NCBI GenBank assembly: GCA_965220745.1
Contig: CBDCQT010000002.1
Span: 1-10,992 of the forward strand
DNA: 10,992 nt
Source of the DNA: Alphaproteobacteria bacterium
GTDB lineage: Bacteria; Pseudomonadota; Alphaproteobacteria; UBA828
Direction: 5' to 3'
How positions within the stretch are numbered: the stretch's first letter is position 1; each line of letters starts with the position of its first letter. Shown here piece after piece: positions 1 through 7,012 of this stretch. The notes below the pieces were generated by a model. It saw only the letters and a list, made by a program, of their open reading frames with translations. It had not been told where the DNA came from and made no database searches. The position numbers and the translations under genes are program-made.

Positions 1-29
1 GGCGCCTCTCCCGCCCGGATCGCCGGCTC

Positions 30-38
30 TGCTATAAC
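30..38 (+). promoter_or_regulatory. Putative extended -10 promoter element (TGcTATAAC) for the E1 gene
   Basis: TG-n-TATAAC lies 35 nt upstream of ATG 74 in otherwise very GC-rich DNA. No clear -35. A purine-rich RBS-like AGGGGGG is at 62-68. Confidence 0.4.
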
Positions 39-73
39 GGGCTTGGCACGCCGGAGCGGGCAGGGGGGACGCC

Positions 74-2266
74 ATGCCGACGATGGAACCGTTGATCTCC
101 GAGACTCCGTGGCATCGCCTCGTCGCCGACGAGGACGACTGGCGGAGCGAGGACCCGCAGGTCCTGGCTTATCTGCTCGAGCAGCTCCTGCTCATCCGCC
201 GCTTCGAGGAGCGAATTCTCGAACTTTTCAAGGCGGGCTGCGTGCATGGGCCGGCGCACGCGAGCATCGGCCAGGAAGGCGGCGCGGTCGGCGCCATGTC
301 GACGTTGACCGACGTCGACAAGATCAACGCCACCCACCGCGCTCACCATCAGTTCCTCGCCAAGTTCCTGAACCACGCGGCGCCGTCGGACTACGACCCG
401 CGCGAGGACGACTGGCCCGAGACGATGCAGGAGGTCGTGCACCGCTCGATGGCCGAGATCATGGGGCTCTCGCCCGGCTATTGCGGCGGGCGCGGCGGCT
501 CGATGCACATGCGCTGGGACGAGGCCGGCGTGCTCGGCACCAACGCGATCGTCGGCGGCAACCCGCCGCAGGCGGTGGGCTACGCGCTGGCCGAGAAGCT
601 GCGGCGCAGCGGCAACCTGACCGTCACCTTCTTCGGCGACGGCGCGATGCAGAACGGCGCGGCCTACGAGTCCCTCAACATGGCCGCCCTCTACGACCTG
701 CCCATCATCTTCTTCGTCGAGAACAACCTCTACGGCGTCTCCACACACGTGTCCGAGACCACGCGGGAGACGCGGCTCAGCGCGCGGGGGCAGGGGCTCG
801 CGGTGCCCTCGGTCGAGGTCGACGGCATGGACGTGATGGCGGTGCGCAAGGCGATGCAGTGGGCGCGCGGCCAGATCGAGACCAAAGGGCCGGCGCTGGT
901 CGAATCGCTGACCTACCGCTACTTCCACCAGCACGGGCCGATGAAGGGCAGCGCCTTCGGCTATCGCGACAAGGACGAGGAGGAGGCCTGGCACGCCCGC
1001 GACCCGGTGACGGCCATGCCGAAGCGGCTGATCGAGGCCGGCGTCATGGACGAGGCCGGAATCGCGGCCCTGGAAGAGCGCGCCCGTACCGCCGTGGAGA
1101 GCGCCGCGCAAGCGCTGACCGAGACCGAGCCCGGCTCCAATCTCCTCCGCGTCGTGCCCGCGCTCTGGCCGGACACGAAGGAGATCGACATCGGCATCCG
1201 CGGCGACCTCTCGGAGCTCGACGGCGTCAAGCGCATGGAGCCCGAGGACGTGGATCCCGACGCGGCGCAGGAGATGACCTACATCGAATCGATCGCCGCC
1301 GCGCAGTTCCACGCGATGGAGCGGGACGAGAGCGTGATCGTGCTGGGCGAGGACGTGCACCGGCTCAAGGGCGGCACGGTGGGCGCCACCAAGGGGATCG
1401 GCGAGGCGTACCCCGAGCGCCTGATCGGCACGCCCATCGCGGAGAATGGGTTCTGCGGCATGGGGCTGGGCGCGGCAGTCAACGGGCTCAGGCCCATCGT
1501 CGAGATCATGTACGCGGATTTCTGCCTGGTGGCGGCGGACCAGCTCTTCAACCAGGCCGCCAAGGTGCGGCACATGTTCGGCGGTGGCCACGACGCGCCG
1601 CTGATCCTGCGTGCCCGTGTGGCGGCGGGCGGGGGCTACGGCTCGCAGCATTCGATGGACCCGTCCGGCGTCTTCGCGCTTTGGCCGGGCTGGCGCATCA
1701 TCGCGCCCACCACGCCCTTCGACTACGTGGGGCTCTTCAACAGCGCGGTCCGCTGCAACGACCCGGTGGCGATCATCGAGTGCCAGGCGCTCTACCAGGG
1801 GAAGGGCCTGGTGCCGGAGGACCTCGACTACTGCATCCCCTTCGGCAAGGCGCGCGTCGTGCGTCCGGGCAGCGCGTGCACGGTGGTGACCTGCGCCAAC
1901 ATGGTGCCGGTGAGCGTCGCCGCCGCAGAGGCCACCGGCATCGACGCCGAGGTGATCGACCTGCGCACGCTCGATCCGCTCGGCATGGACTGGGAGACCA
2001 TCGGCGCCAGTGTGCAGCGCACGAACCGCCTGCTCATCGTGGAGCAGACCGCGCGCGGGCCCTCGCTCGGCGCCCGCATCGCCCAAGAGGCGCAGGAGCG
2101 GCTGTTCGACTGGCTCGACCACGAGATTCTGCGGGTCTCGGGCTCGCAGGCTGCGCCGGTCGTCTCCAAGGTGCTGGAGACCGCCGCGCTTGCCCAGCAG
2201 GAGGACGTGATCGCAGGCCTCCGCGCGGTGACCGCCGATACCGCGCTTACGGACGCGGCGGAGTAG
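74..2266 (+). CDS. TPP-dependent 2-oxoacid/acetoin dehydrogenase E1 component, fused alpha and beta subunits (730 aa)
   Basis: Alpha half: H-x-S-x-GQE, THRAH, GRGGSMH, TPP motif FFGDGA...ENN, TYRY..H. Beta half: GEDV, TPIAE, EIMYADF, DQLFN, GSQHS, EVIDLRTL, VEQ. Substrate cannot be assigned. Confidence 0.93.
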   Translation: MPTMEPLISETPWHRLVADEDDWRSEDPQVLAYLLEQLLLIRRFEERILELFKAGCVHGPAHASIGQEGGAVGAMSTLTDVDKINATHRAHHQFLAKFLNHAAPSDYDPREDDWPETMQEVVHRSMAEIMGLSPGYCGGRGGSMHMRWDEAGVLGTNAIVGGNPPQAVGYALAEKLRRSGNLTVTFFGDGAMQNGAAYESLNMAALYDLPIIFFVENNLYGVSTHVSETTRETRLSARGQGLAVPSVEVDGMDVMAVRKAMQWARGQIETKGPALVESLTYRYFHQHGPMKGSAFGYRDKDEEEAWHARDPVTAMPKRLIEAGVMDEAGIAALEERARTAVESAAQALTETEPGSNLLRVVPALWPDTKEIDIGIRGDLSELDGVKRMEPEDVDPDAAQEMTYIESIAAAQFHAMERDESVIVLGEDVHRLKGGTVGATKGIGEAYPERLIGTPIAENGFCGMGLGAAVNGLRPIVEIMYADFCLVAADQLFNQAAKVRHMFGGGHDAPLILRARVAAGGGYGSQHSMDPSGVFALWPGWRIIAPTTPFDYVGLFNSAVRCNDPVAIIECQALYQGKGLVPEDLDYCIPFGKARVVRPGSACTVVTCANMVPVSVAAAEATGIDAEVIDLRTLDPLGMDWETIGASVQRTNRLLIVEQTARGPSLGARIAQEAQERLFDWLDHEILRVSGSQAAPVVSKVLETAALAQQEDVIAGLRAVTADTALTDAAE

Positions 2267-2288
2267 ATGCCGGAGGACGGTGTGGCCA

Positions 2289-2390
2289 CCCCACCTCCCC
2301 CTGTCCCCCCCAAAGGCGGAGGGGGAACATAGACGGCACCGCCAAATTCTTCCTCTCCGCCCCTGGGGGCGGAGAGGGTCGGGTCGGGGG
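2289..2390. repeat. Inverted doublet of GC-rich REP-like palindromic elements between convergent genes
   Basis: Perfect palindrome CCTCTCCGCCCC-TG-GGGGCGGAGAGG at 2352-2377 within unit 2 (2350-2390). Unit 1 (2289-2327) is a degenerate reverse-complement copy with a CCCCCT/AGGGGG stem. The spacer is 22 nt. Confidence 0.7.
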
Positions 2391-2486
2391 ATTTCCCGGT
2401 CGCACTGCTTGCGGGAGAAGGACCGCGCGTCAACCGGGGCCGATCCCGTTCGGTCGGACCGTGCTCAGGGACACGATCTGCGCGGA

Positions 2487-3173
2487 TCAATGCGCCGGCG
2501 GGACCAGGCGTTCGAGTGCCTCGTCGGCCGTCATCACGTCGCCGTAAGACGCGAGGCAGACGGCGTAGGTCCAGGAGTCCTCTTCCGCGGAGCGGCCGCC
2601 GTTGGCGTCCGAGATCATGACCGTCTTGAAGTCGAAGGCGGCGGCCTCGCGCGCCGTGGTCTCGCAGCAGACGTTGGTGACGGTGCCGACGACCAGGACC
2701 GTGTCGACCCCGAGATCGTGCAGCACGCGCTCGAGACGCCCCTGGCTGCCGATGAAGCCGCCGAAGCGGTTCTTGTGAACCACCGGATCGCCGTCGCGCG
2801 CGTCGAGCGCTGGCCAGATCGCATGGCCCTCGGCGCCTTCGCTGAGGCCGGCGCGAAAGACCGCCGCCGCCTCTTCGCCCAGGATCGTGTCGAGGTTGGC
2901 CCAGTTCCTGTCTTCCTCCGGACCGTAGGTGGAGACCACCCAGACGACGTGGCCGCCAGTGGCCCGGAGCGCGCCGGCCAGCCGATTGACTGTCGGCACG
3001 ATCGCTCGTGCGTGCGGGATCTCGGACGGGCTGCCCTCGCGCATGAAGTGGACCTGCAAGTCCACCACCAGCAGCGCCGCGCGCGCCGCATCCAGGCTCT
3101 CGTAGGCGTGAAGCCGGCCGCGCCGGCGCAGCACGCGGTCGATGACGCGCTGGGGGATCTCGGCCGGCTCCAT
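2487..3173 (-). CDS. Isochorismatase-family cysteine hydrolase (RutB/nicotinamidase-like amidohydrolase), 228 aa
   Basis: Catalytic triad contexts LLVVDLQ (Asp), KNRF (Lys) and GTVTNVCCETTAR (Cys). Start moved from 3206 to ATG 3173, which follows an RBS GGGAGGG (plus-strand 3178-3184). Confidence 0.9.
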   Translation of the reverse strand: MEPAEIPQRVIDRVLRRRGRLHAYESLDAARAALLVVDLQVHFMREGSPSEIPHARAIVPTVNRLAGALRATGGHVVWVVSTYGPEEDRNWANLDTILGEEAAAVFRAGLSEGAEGHAIWPALDARDGDPVVHKNRFGGFIGSQGRLERVLHDLGVDTVLVVGTVTNVCCETTAREAAAFDFKTVMISDANGGRSAEEDSWTYAVCLASYGDVMTADEALERLVPPAH

Positions 3174-3233
3174 GGCGCCCTCCCGTCTCTGGTGAGTCGC
3201 CGGCATTCTGACCCGACCGGCTCCTGTGCGAAA

Positions 3234-3257
3234 CGAGCTGGACTTCGGTCGAGTTCG
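3234..3257. terminator. Small hairpin, possible weak terminator downstream of the nuclease gene
   Basis: CGAGCT-G-GAC-TTCG-GTC-G-AGTTCG forms an imperfect stem with a cUUCGg loop on the + strand. On the - strand it is followed by only TTT. Confidence 0.25.
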
Positions 3258-3272
3258 GTGAACGTTTGGCTT

Positions 3273-4052
3273 CTATTCGCAGACCACCCCGTCGCCGTCC
3301 CCGTCGCGCATGTAGCGATAGGCCGGATGGTCGCGCGGCACGGGGGCAATGCCGTGCCTTCGTGCCTCCGCGCACGTGATGCGGCCGTTGCGATTGTCGT
3401 CATAAAGAGCGAGCACGTCGGACGCCGAGACGGTGCGAGGCTGTGCGTTCGTGGAGCCGGCAACCACTGCGGTGACGATCATCTCGGTGGAAGCACAGCT
3501 CGAAAGAACCCGTTCGAGTGCGGCAGCCTCGCGCCGGTCGACGGTCAGTGCGTAGGCGCGCTTGACCGCGACGATGCGCGCTGCGTACCAGCAGCGGTTC
3601 AACGGCGGCAGCCATTCTGCGAAATCGAAGGCGCATTTTCCGCCGCTTCCGCAGCGGTTCACCTCTGGCGCAGCCAGGGTCAGGTTGAGCAGGTCGGAAG
3701 CGAAGCGCCGCCGAAGATCGTGGCCGGCGGCGCAGAGCCCGCTGTCATGAGCCTCGGAAACGGCGACGATGTGCTCGATATCGGTTTGTCGCGTGGTCGA
3801 ATAGTGCCGCCCCGTGTAGGGCCCGTAGACCCTGCCTCCCATGGTGGCGACGATCTCGGCCTCGACCGACTGCGAATAGCGGTAGTCGTCCCGGTCGTAT
3901 GGCGCGCAGCGATGCTCCGGCGCGATGGCGAGGCCGCGCCAGGTCTCGGCGCCGAAGGCCTGACCGAAATCGGCGATGCTTGCGGCTATGATCGCAAGTG
4001 CGGCAAGCGCCATCGCCGCCGTGCGGCAGGGGAACCCGTGTACTCGTGTCAT
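3273..4052 (-). CDS. Secreted DUF1524/GmrSD-C (HNH-type) nuclease-domain protein with a C-terminal Excalibur calcium-binding domain
   Basis: Hydrophobic signal-like N-terminus ending AFG-A. Nuclease motifs DIEHIVAVSEAHDSG, FASDLLNL, VNR..K..EWLP..RCWY. Tail TCAEARRHG.AP..RDHPAY...RDGDGDGVVCE matches the Excalibur DxDxDGxxCE pattern. Alternative start at ATG 4013. Confidence 0.82.
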   Translation of the reverse strand: MTRVHGFPCRTAAMALAALAIIAASIADFGQAFGAETWRGLAIAPEHRCAPYDRDDYRYSQSVEAEIVATMGGRVYGPYTGRHYSTTRQTDIEHIVAVSEAHDSGLCAAGHDLRRRFASDLLNLTLAAPEVNRCGSGGKCAFDFAEWLPPLNRCWYAARIVAVKRAYALTVDRREAAALERVLSSCASTEMIVTAVVAGSTNAQPRTVSASDVLALYDDNRNGRITCAEARRHGIAPVPRDHPAYRYMRDGDGDGVVCE

Positions 4053-4236
4053 CGCGACAACCCTTATGAATCTTGTGAATCGAACTATCCATTTGATTGT
4101 CCAGATTGGGCCATATGATTCAAATTTGTCGCCACGCTTTTTGCTGATGCCGGCGGCGCGGCTTCTCAGATTTCAGCGGGGTGACGCGCTCGCTGGGTCG
4201 TGCGCGCGGGAGAGCGGCAGGGAGGAAAGGCGCGGC

Positions 4237-4265
4237 TTGCGGGTGGCCCCGCCGCGGCTTAGCTT
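4237..4265 (+). promoter_or_regulatory. Putative sigma70 promoter for the enolase/dioxygenase unit
   Basis: TTGCGG (4237-4242), a 17-nt spacer and TAGCTT (4260-4265), upstream of RBS GGGGAGG (4294-4300). Confidence 0.4.
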
Positions 4266-4309
4266 CGGCGCGCTACCGCCGTGGCCCGCGACCGGGGAGG
4301 AAAATGGGG

Positions 4310-5464
4310 ATGGCCAAAATCGTCGAGGTTCGGGCAAGCGCACATTCGTGCCCGTTCGAGAGCAACTTCGTGCGCCTGGGCCTCGGCACCAACACAAAGC
4401 GCGATATCGTGCTGGTGCGGATCACGGACGAGAGCGGCGCGGTCGGCCTGGGCGAGGCCCATCACGGCCAGAACCCCACGGCAATGGCGACAGTGATCCA
4501 GGACGGCCTCGGCTCGCTTATCATCGGCGCCGACCCGCTCGACAGCGAAGGCATCTGGCACCGGCTGGAGCGTCAGCAGATCGTGACTCACGGGCTGGGC
4601 GCCGGCAGCATCACCGCGCTTGCCGGCATCGACAACGCGCTCTGGGACCTCAAGGGCAAGCTGCTGGGCTTGCCTGTCTACACTCTGCTGGGCGGGTCCA
4701 AGAAGCGAATCCGCGCCTACGCCGGCGGTTTAAGTCTCGGCTTCAAACCACCGGAAGAGCTGGAGAAAGAGGTCGCCGCGCTGGTGGCCGATGGCTACAC
4801 GGCGATCAAGATGCGCGTCGGCGATCACCCGGCACGGGATGCCATGCGCGTGAGCCACATCCGCAAGACCTTTGGCGACGATCTCGACATCGCGGTGGAT
4901 GCCGCCACCCGCTACGACCTGCTCGATATCCCGGAGGTGCTGCGCTATTGCGAGGAGAACCGGGTGTACTGGCTGGAGGAGCCGTTCACGCCGGACAACA
5001 TCCCGGCCTACGCGGAGCTGCGCACGCGAACCTCGATCCCCATCGCCGCCGGCGAGAACCACTACGGGAGGCCGGCGTTCCGCGCGCTCTTCGAGGGACG
5101 GGCGATCTCCATCTGCCAGGCGGACTTCTGCAAGTCGGGCGGGCTCAGCGAGCTCAAGAAGATTTCCGACATGGCCGCCGCCTGGCACATCCCGATGGCG
5201 CCGCACACCAGCCACAGCATACTGAGCGCCGCCGGCAACGCGCATCTGCTGTGCGCGATCCCGAACGGGCTGATCTACGAGGCTGACGTGGCGGCGGTGA
5301 ACCCGTTCCGCACCGACCTCGCCAAGGGCTATACGGGCGTGGTCGATGGCCATATCGAGCCGCCCGACGGGCCGGGCATCGGGATCGAGATCGACGAGGC
5401 GGTGCTGGAGCGCTATCCGGCGATTCCGGGGCCCTGCTACATTCCCGGCTGGGCCAGGGAGTAG
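4310..5464 (+). CDS. Mandelate racemase/muconate lactonizing enzyme family protein (enolase superfamily, MR subgroup; possible acid-sugar dehydratase), 384 aa
   Basis: GIDNALWDLKGK..GLPVYTLLGG capping-domain motif; KMR in place of KxK; metal ligands VDA, WLEEP, AGEN; QAD and APH His-Asp dyad; PDGPGIGIE. Start is ATG 4310 (or 4304) after RBS GGGGAGG, not the ORF-track start 4181. Confidence 0.92.
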   Translation: MAKIVEVRASAHSCPFESNFVRLGLGTNTKRDIVLVRITDESGAVGLGEAHHGQNPTAMATVIQDGLGSLIIGADPLDSEGIWHRLERQQIVTHGLGAGSITALAGIDNALWDLKGKLLGLPVYTLLGGSKKRIRAYAGGLSLGFKPPEELEKEVAALVADGYTAIKMRVGDHPARDAMRVSHIRKTFGDDLDIAVDAATRYDLLDIPEVLRYCEENRVYWLEEPFTPDNIPAYAELRTRTSIPIAAGENHYGRPAFRALFEGRAISICQADFCKSGGLSELKKISDMAAAWHIPMAPHTSHSILSAAGNAHLLCAIPNGLIYEADVAAVNPFRTDLAKGYTGVVDGHIEPPDGPGIGIEIDEAVLERYPAIPGPCYIPGWARE

Positions 5465-5495
5465 GGCGGAACGGCCGAGGCGAGGGGAGGGTGCC

Positions 5496-6365
5496 ATGAC
5501 TCCTGAGATTACGCCGATCGATGCCACCCTCGGCGCGGTGGTCAGCAATGTCCGGCTCGCCGCGCTCGACGACGAGGCGTTCGCAACCATCGAGGAGGCG
5601 TGGCACGCCCACGCGGTGCTGATCTTCCCCGATCAGCACCTCTCGGAGCAGGAGCAAGTCGATTTCAGCCGCCGCTTCGGGCCGCTGGAGCGGAGCCTCA
5701 CCAAGACCCACACCCAAGGCGACCCGGCGATCATCCACCTCTCCAACGTCAAGAAGGACGGCACGCTCTGGGGCGCCGACAGCGACACGGGCAGGCTGCT
5801 GAAGGGCAACAACTATTGGCACACTGACAGCTCGTACAAGCGCATCCCGGCCAAGGCCTCGCTGCTGACGGCGAAGATCGTGCCCAAGAACGGAGGCGAG
5901 ACCGCTTTCGCCGACATGCGCGCGGCCTATGACGCCCTCGATGCCGCCATGCGGGACTGGCTCGCGGACAAGATCGCCGTGCACAGCTACGCCTACAGCC
6001 AGGGCAAGGTCGGCGGCATGGGCGGCATCACCCAGGACGAGTGGGACGATCTGCCGCCGGTGGAGCAGCCCATGATCCGCACGCACCCGGCGACCGGGCG
6101 GCGCAACCTCTATATCGGCCGCCATGCCAGCCACATCGTGGGCGAGGACCACGACGAGAGCCGCAAGCTTCTTGAGGAGCTCTGCGCAGACGCCTGCCGG
6201 CCGCCCCGCATCCACATCCACAAGTGGCAGGTGGGGGACCTGGTCATATGGGACAACCGTTGCGTGCTGCACCGGGGCCTGGGCCATCCGCCCGACCAGC
6301 CGCGCCGCATGGTCCGCACCACCGTCGCCGGCGACAGCGACGAGGCCAACGAGTGGGTTGCGTGA
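5496..6365 (+). CDS. TauD/TfdA-family Fe(II)/2-oxoglutarate dioxygenase (SdpA/TfdA-like), 289 aa
   Basis: WHTDSSY (HxD), GGETAFADMRAAYDAL, HPATGR, WDNRCVLHR (distal His) and the downstream Arg in RRMVR. ATG 5496 follows RBS GGGGAGGG (5484-5491). Confidence 0.93.
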   Translation: MTPEITPIDATLGAVVSNVRLAALDDEAFATIEEAWHAHAVLIFPDQHLSEQEQVDFSRRFGPLERSLTKTHTQGDPAIIHLSNVKKDGTLWGADSDTGRLLKGNNYWHTDSSYKRIPAKASLLTAKIVPKNGGETAFADMRAAYDALDAAMRDWLADKIAVHSYAYSQGKVGGMGGITQDEWDDLPPVEQPMIRTHPATGRRNLYIGRHASHIVGEDHDESRKLLEELCADACRPPRIHIHKWQVGDLVIWDNRCVLHRGLGHPPDQPRRMVRTTVAGDSDEANEWVA

Positions 6366-6401
6366 GAGGGGGCGCTTGACGCTGCGGCAGGCCGGCCAAG
6401 C

Positions 6402-6463
6402 GTGCTGATTTATTGTTGAAAATCGTACGTCAGGCGTTCGATAAGCAACAATAAATCGAGCAC
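6402..6463. repeat. AT-rich 62-nt imperfect palindrome / long hairpin
   Basis: GATTTATTGTTG (6407-6418) pairs perfectly with CAACAATAAATC (6446-6457). Outer GTGCT/AGCAC pairs with one bulged G (6458). Inner ATCG/CGAT and ACG/CGT are in the same register, centred at 6432. Confidence 0.8.
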
Positions 6464-6518
6464 CGGGACCTATCGATCGCACCCGTGCAGCGATCAGACT
6501 GAGGCGGCCGGCGAGGCG

Positions 6519-6527
6519 TGCTAAGGT
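6519..6527 (+). promoter_or_regulatory. Possible extended -10 (TGcTAAGGT) for the PPOX-SDR-LLM unit
   Basis: Same TGCTA pattern as upstream of the E1 gene, about 55 nt before the PPOX start. No good -35. Confidence 0.25.
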
Positions 6528-6579
6528 CGCGTGCCGGCTGTATGGTGACGCCGCGACGGCGGGACGGAGAGGGAGAAGC

Positions 6580-6978
6580 GTGATGGTTGAGTTGCCGGAC
6601 CTGGCCAGACGGCTGCTGGACGGGAAGAACTTCGCGACCGTGGCGACCGTGATGGGCGACGGCCGACCCCAGGCGTCCGTCATCTGGATTCACACCGACG
6701 GCCCGCACATCGTCTTCAACACGGCTGAAGGACGCGTGAAGCCCAAGAACATGCGCCGCGACGCGCGGGTCGCGATCGCCGTGTTCGACATGGAGAACCC
6801 CTACCAGCAGGCCATGATCCAGGGCCGCGTGGTGGCGATGGAGCACGAGGGCGCCGACGAACACATCGACGCGATGGCCAAGAAGTACCTGGACCTGGAC
6901 AGCTATCCCTACCGCCAGGAGGGCGAGCAGCGCGTGATCGTCAAGATCGCACCGGAGAAGATCGCGCTCATGGAATAG
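6580..6978 (+). CDS. PPOX-class (pyridoxamine 5'-phosphate oxidase-like split beta-barrel) putative F420-dependent oxidoreductase, Rv1155-like
   Basis: FATVAT..DGRPQAS.IW, FNTAEGRVK.KNMRRDARV, D.ENPY....IQGRV, HIDAMAKKYL...YP, EQRVIVKI.PE. Start is GTG 6580 or ATG 6583 after GGAGAGGGAG. Confidence 0.88.
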   Translation: MMVELPDLARRLLDGKNFATVATVMGDGRPQASVIWIHTDGPHIVFNTAEGRVKPKNMRRDARVAIAVFDMENPYQQAMIQGRVVAMEHEGADEHIDAMAKKYLDLDSYPYRQEGEQRVIVKIAPEKIALME

Positions 6979-7012
6979 GCGGTGTCAACGGCATAACGAG
7001 GGGAGGCGAGCG

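Noticed and set aside
45-60. Sigma54 promoter (TGGCAC)
   Set aside because: The -12 TTGC element is missing at the required spacing.
32-2547. Long ORFs 32..2122 (-) and 43..2547 (+)
   Set aside because: Shadow frames of the E1 gene. High GC suppresses stop codons, and the translations are Arg/Gly/Ala/His-rich with no motifs.
1828-4118. ORFs 2280..4118 (+), 1828..3375 (-) and 2615..3463 (-)
   Set aside because: Antisense or off-frame shadows of the E1, hydrolase and nuclease genes with no recognisable domains.
6402-6463. Integron attC site or Xer dif site
   Set aside because: Despite the bulged base, it lacks terminal RYYYAAC/GTTRRRY boxes (GTT and AAC are in the opposite order). It also does not fit the 11-6-11 dif layout.
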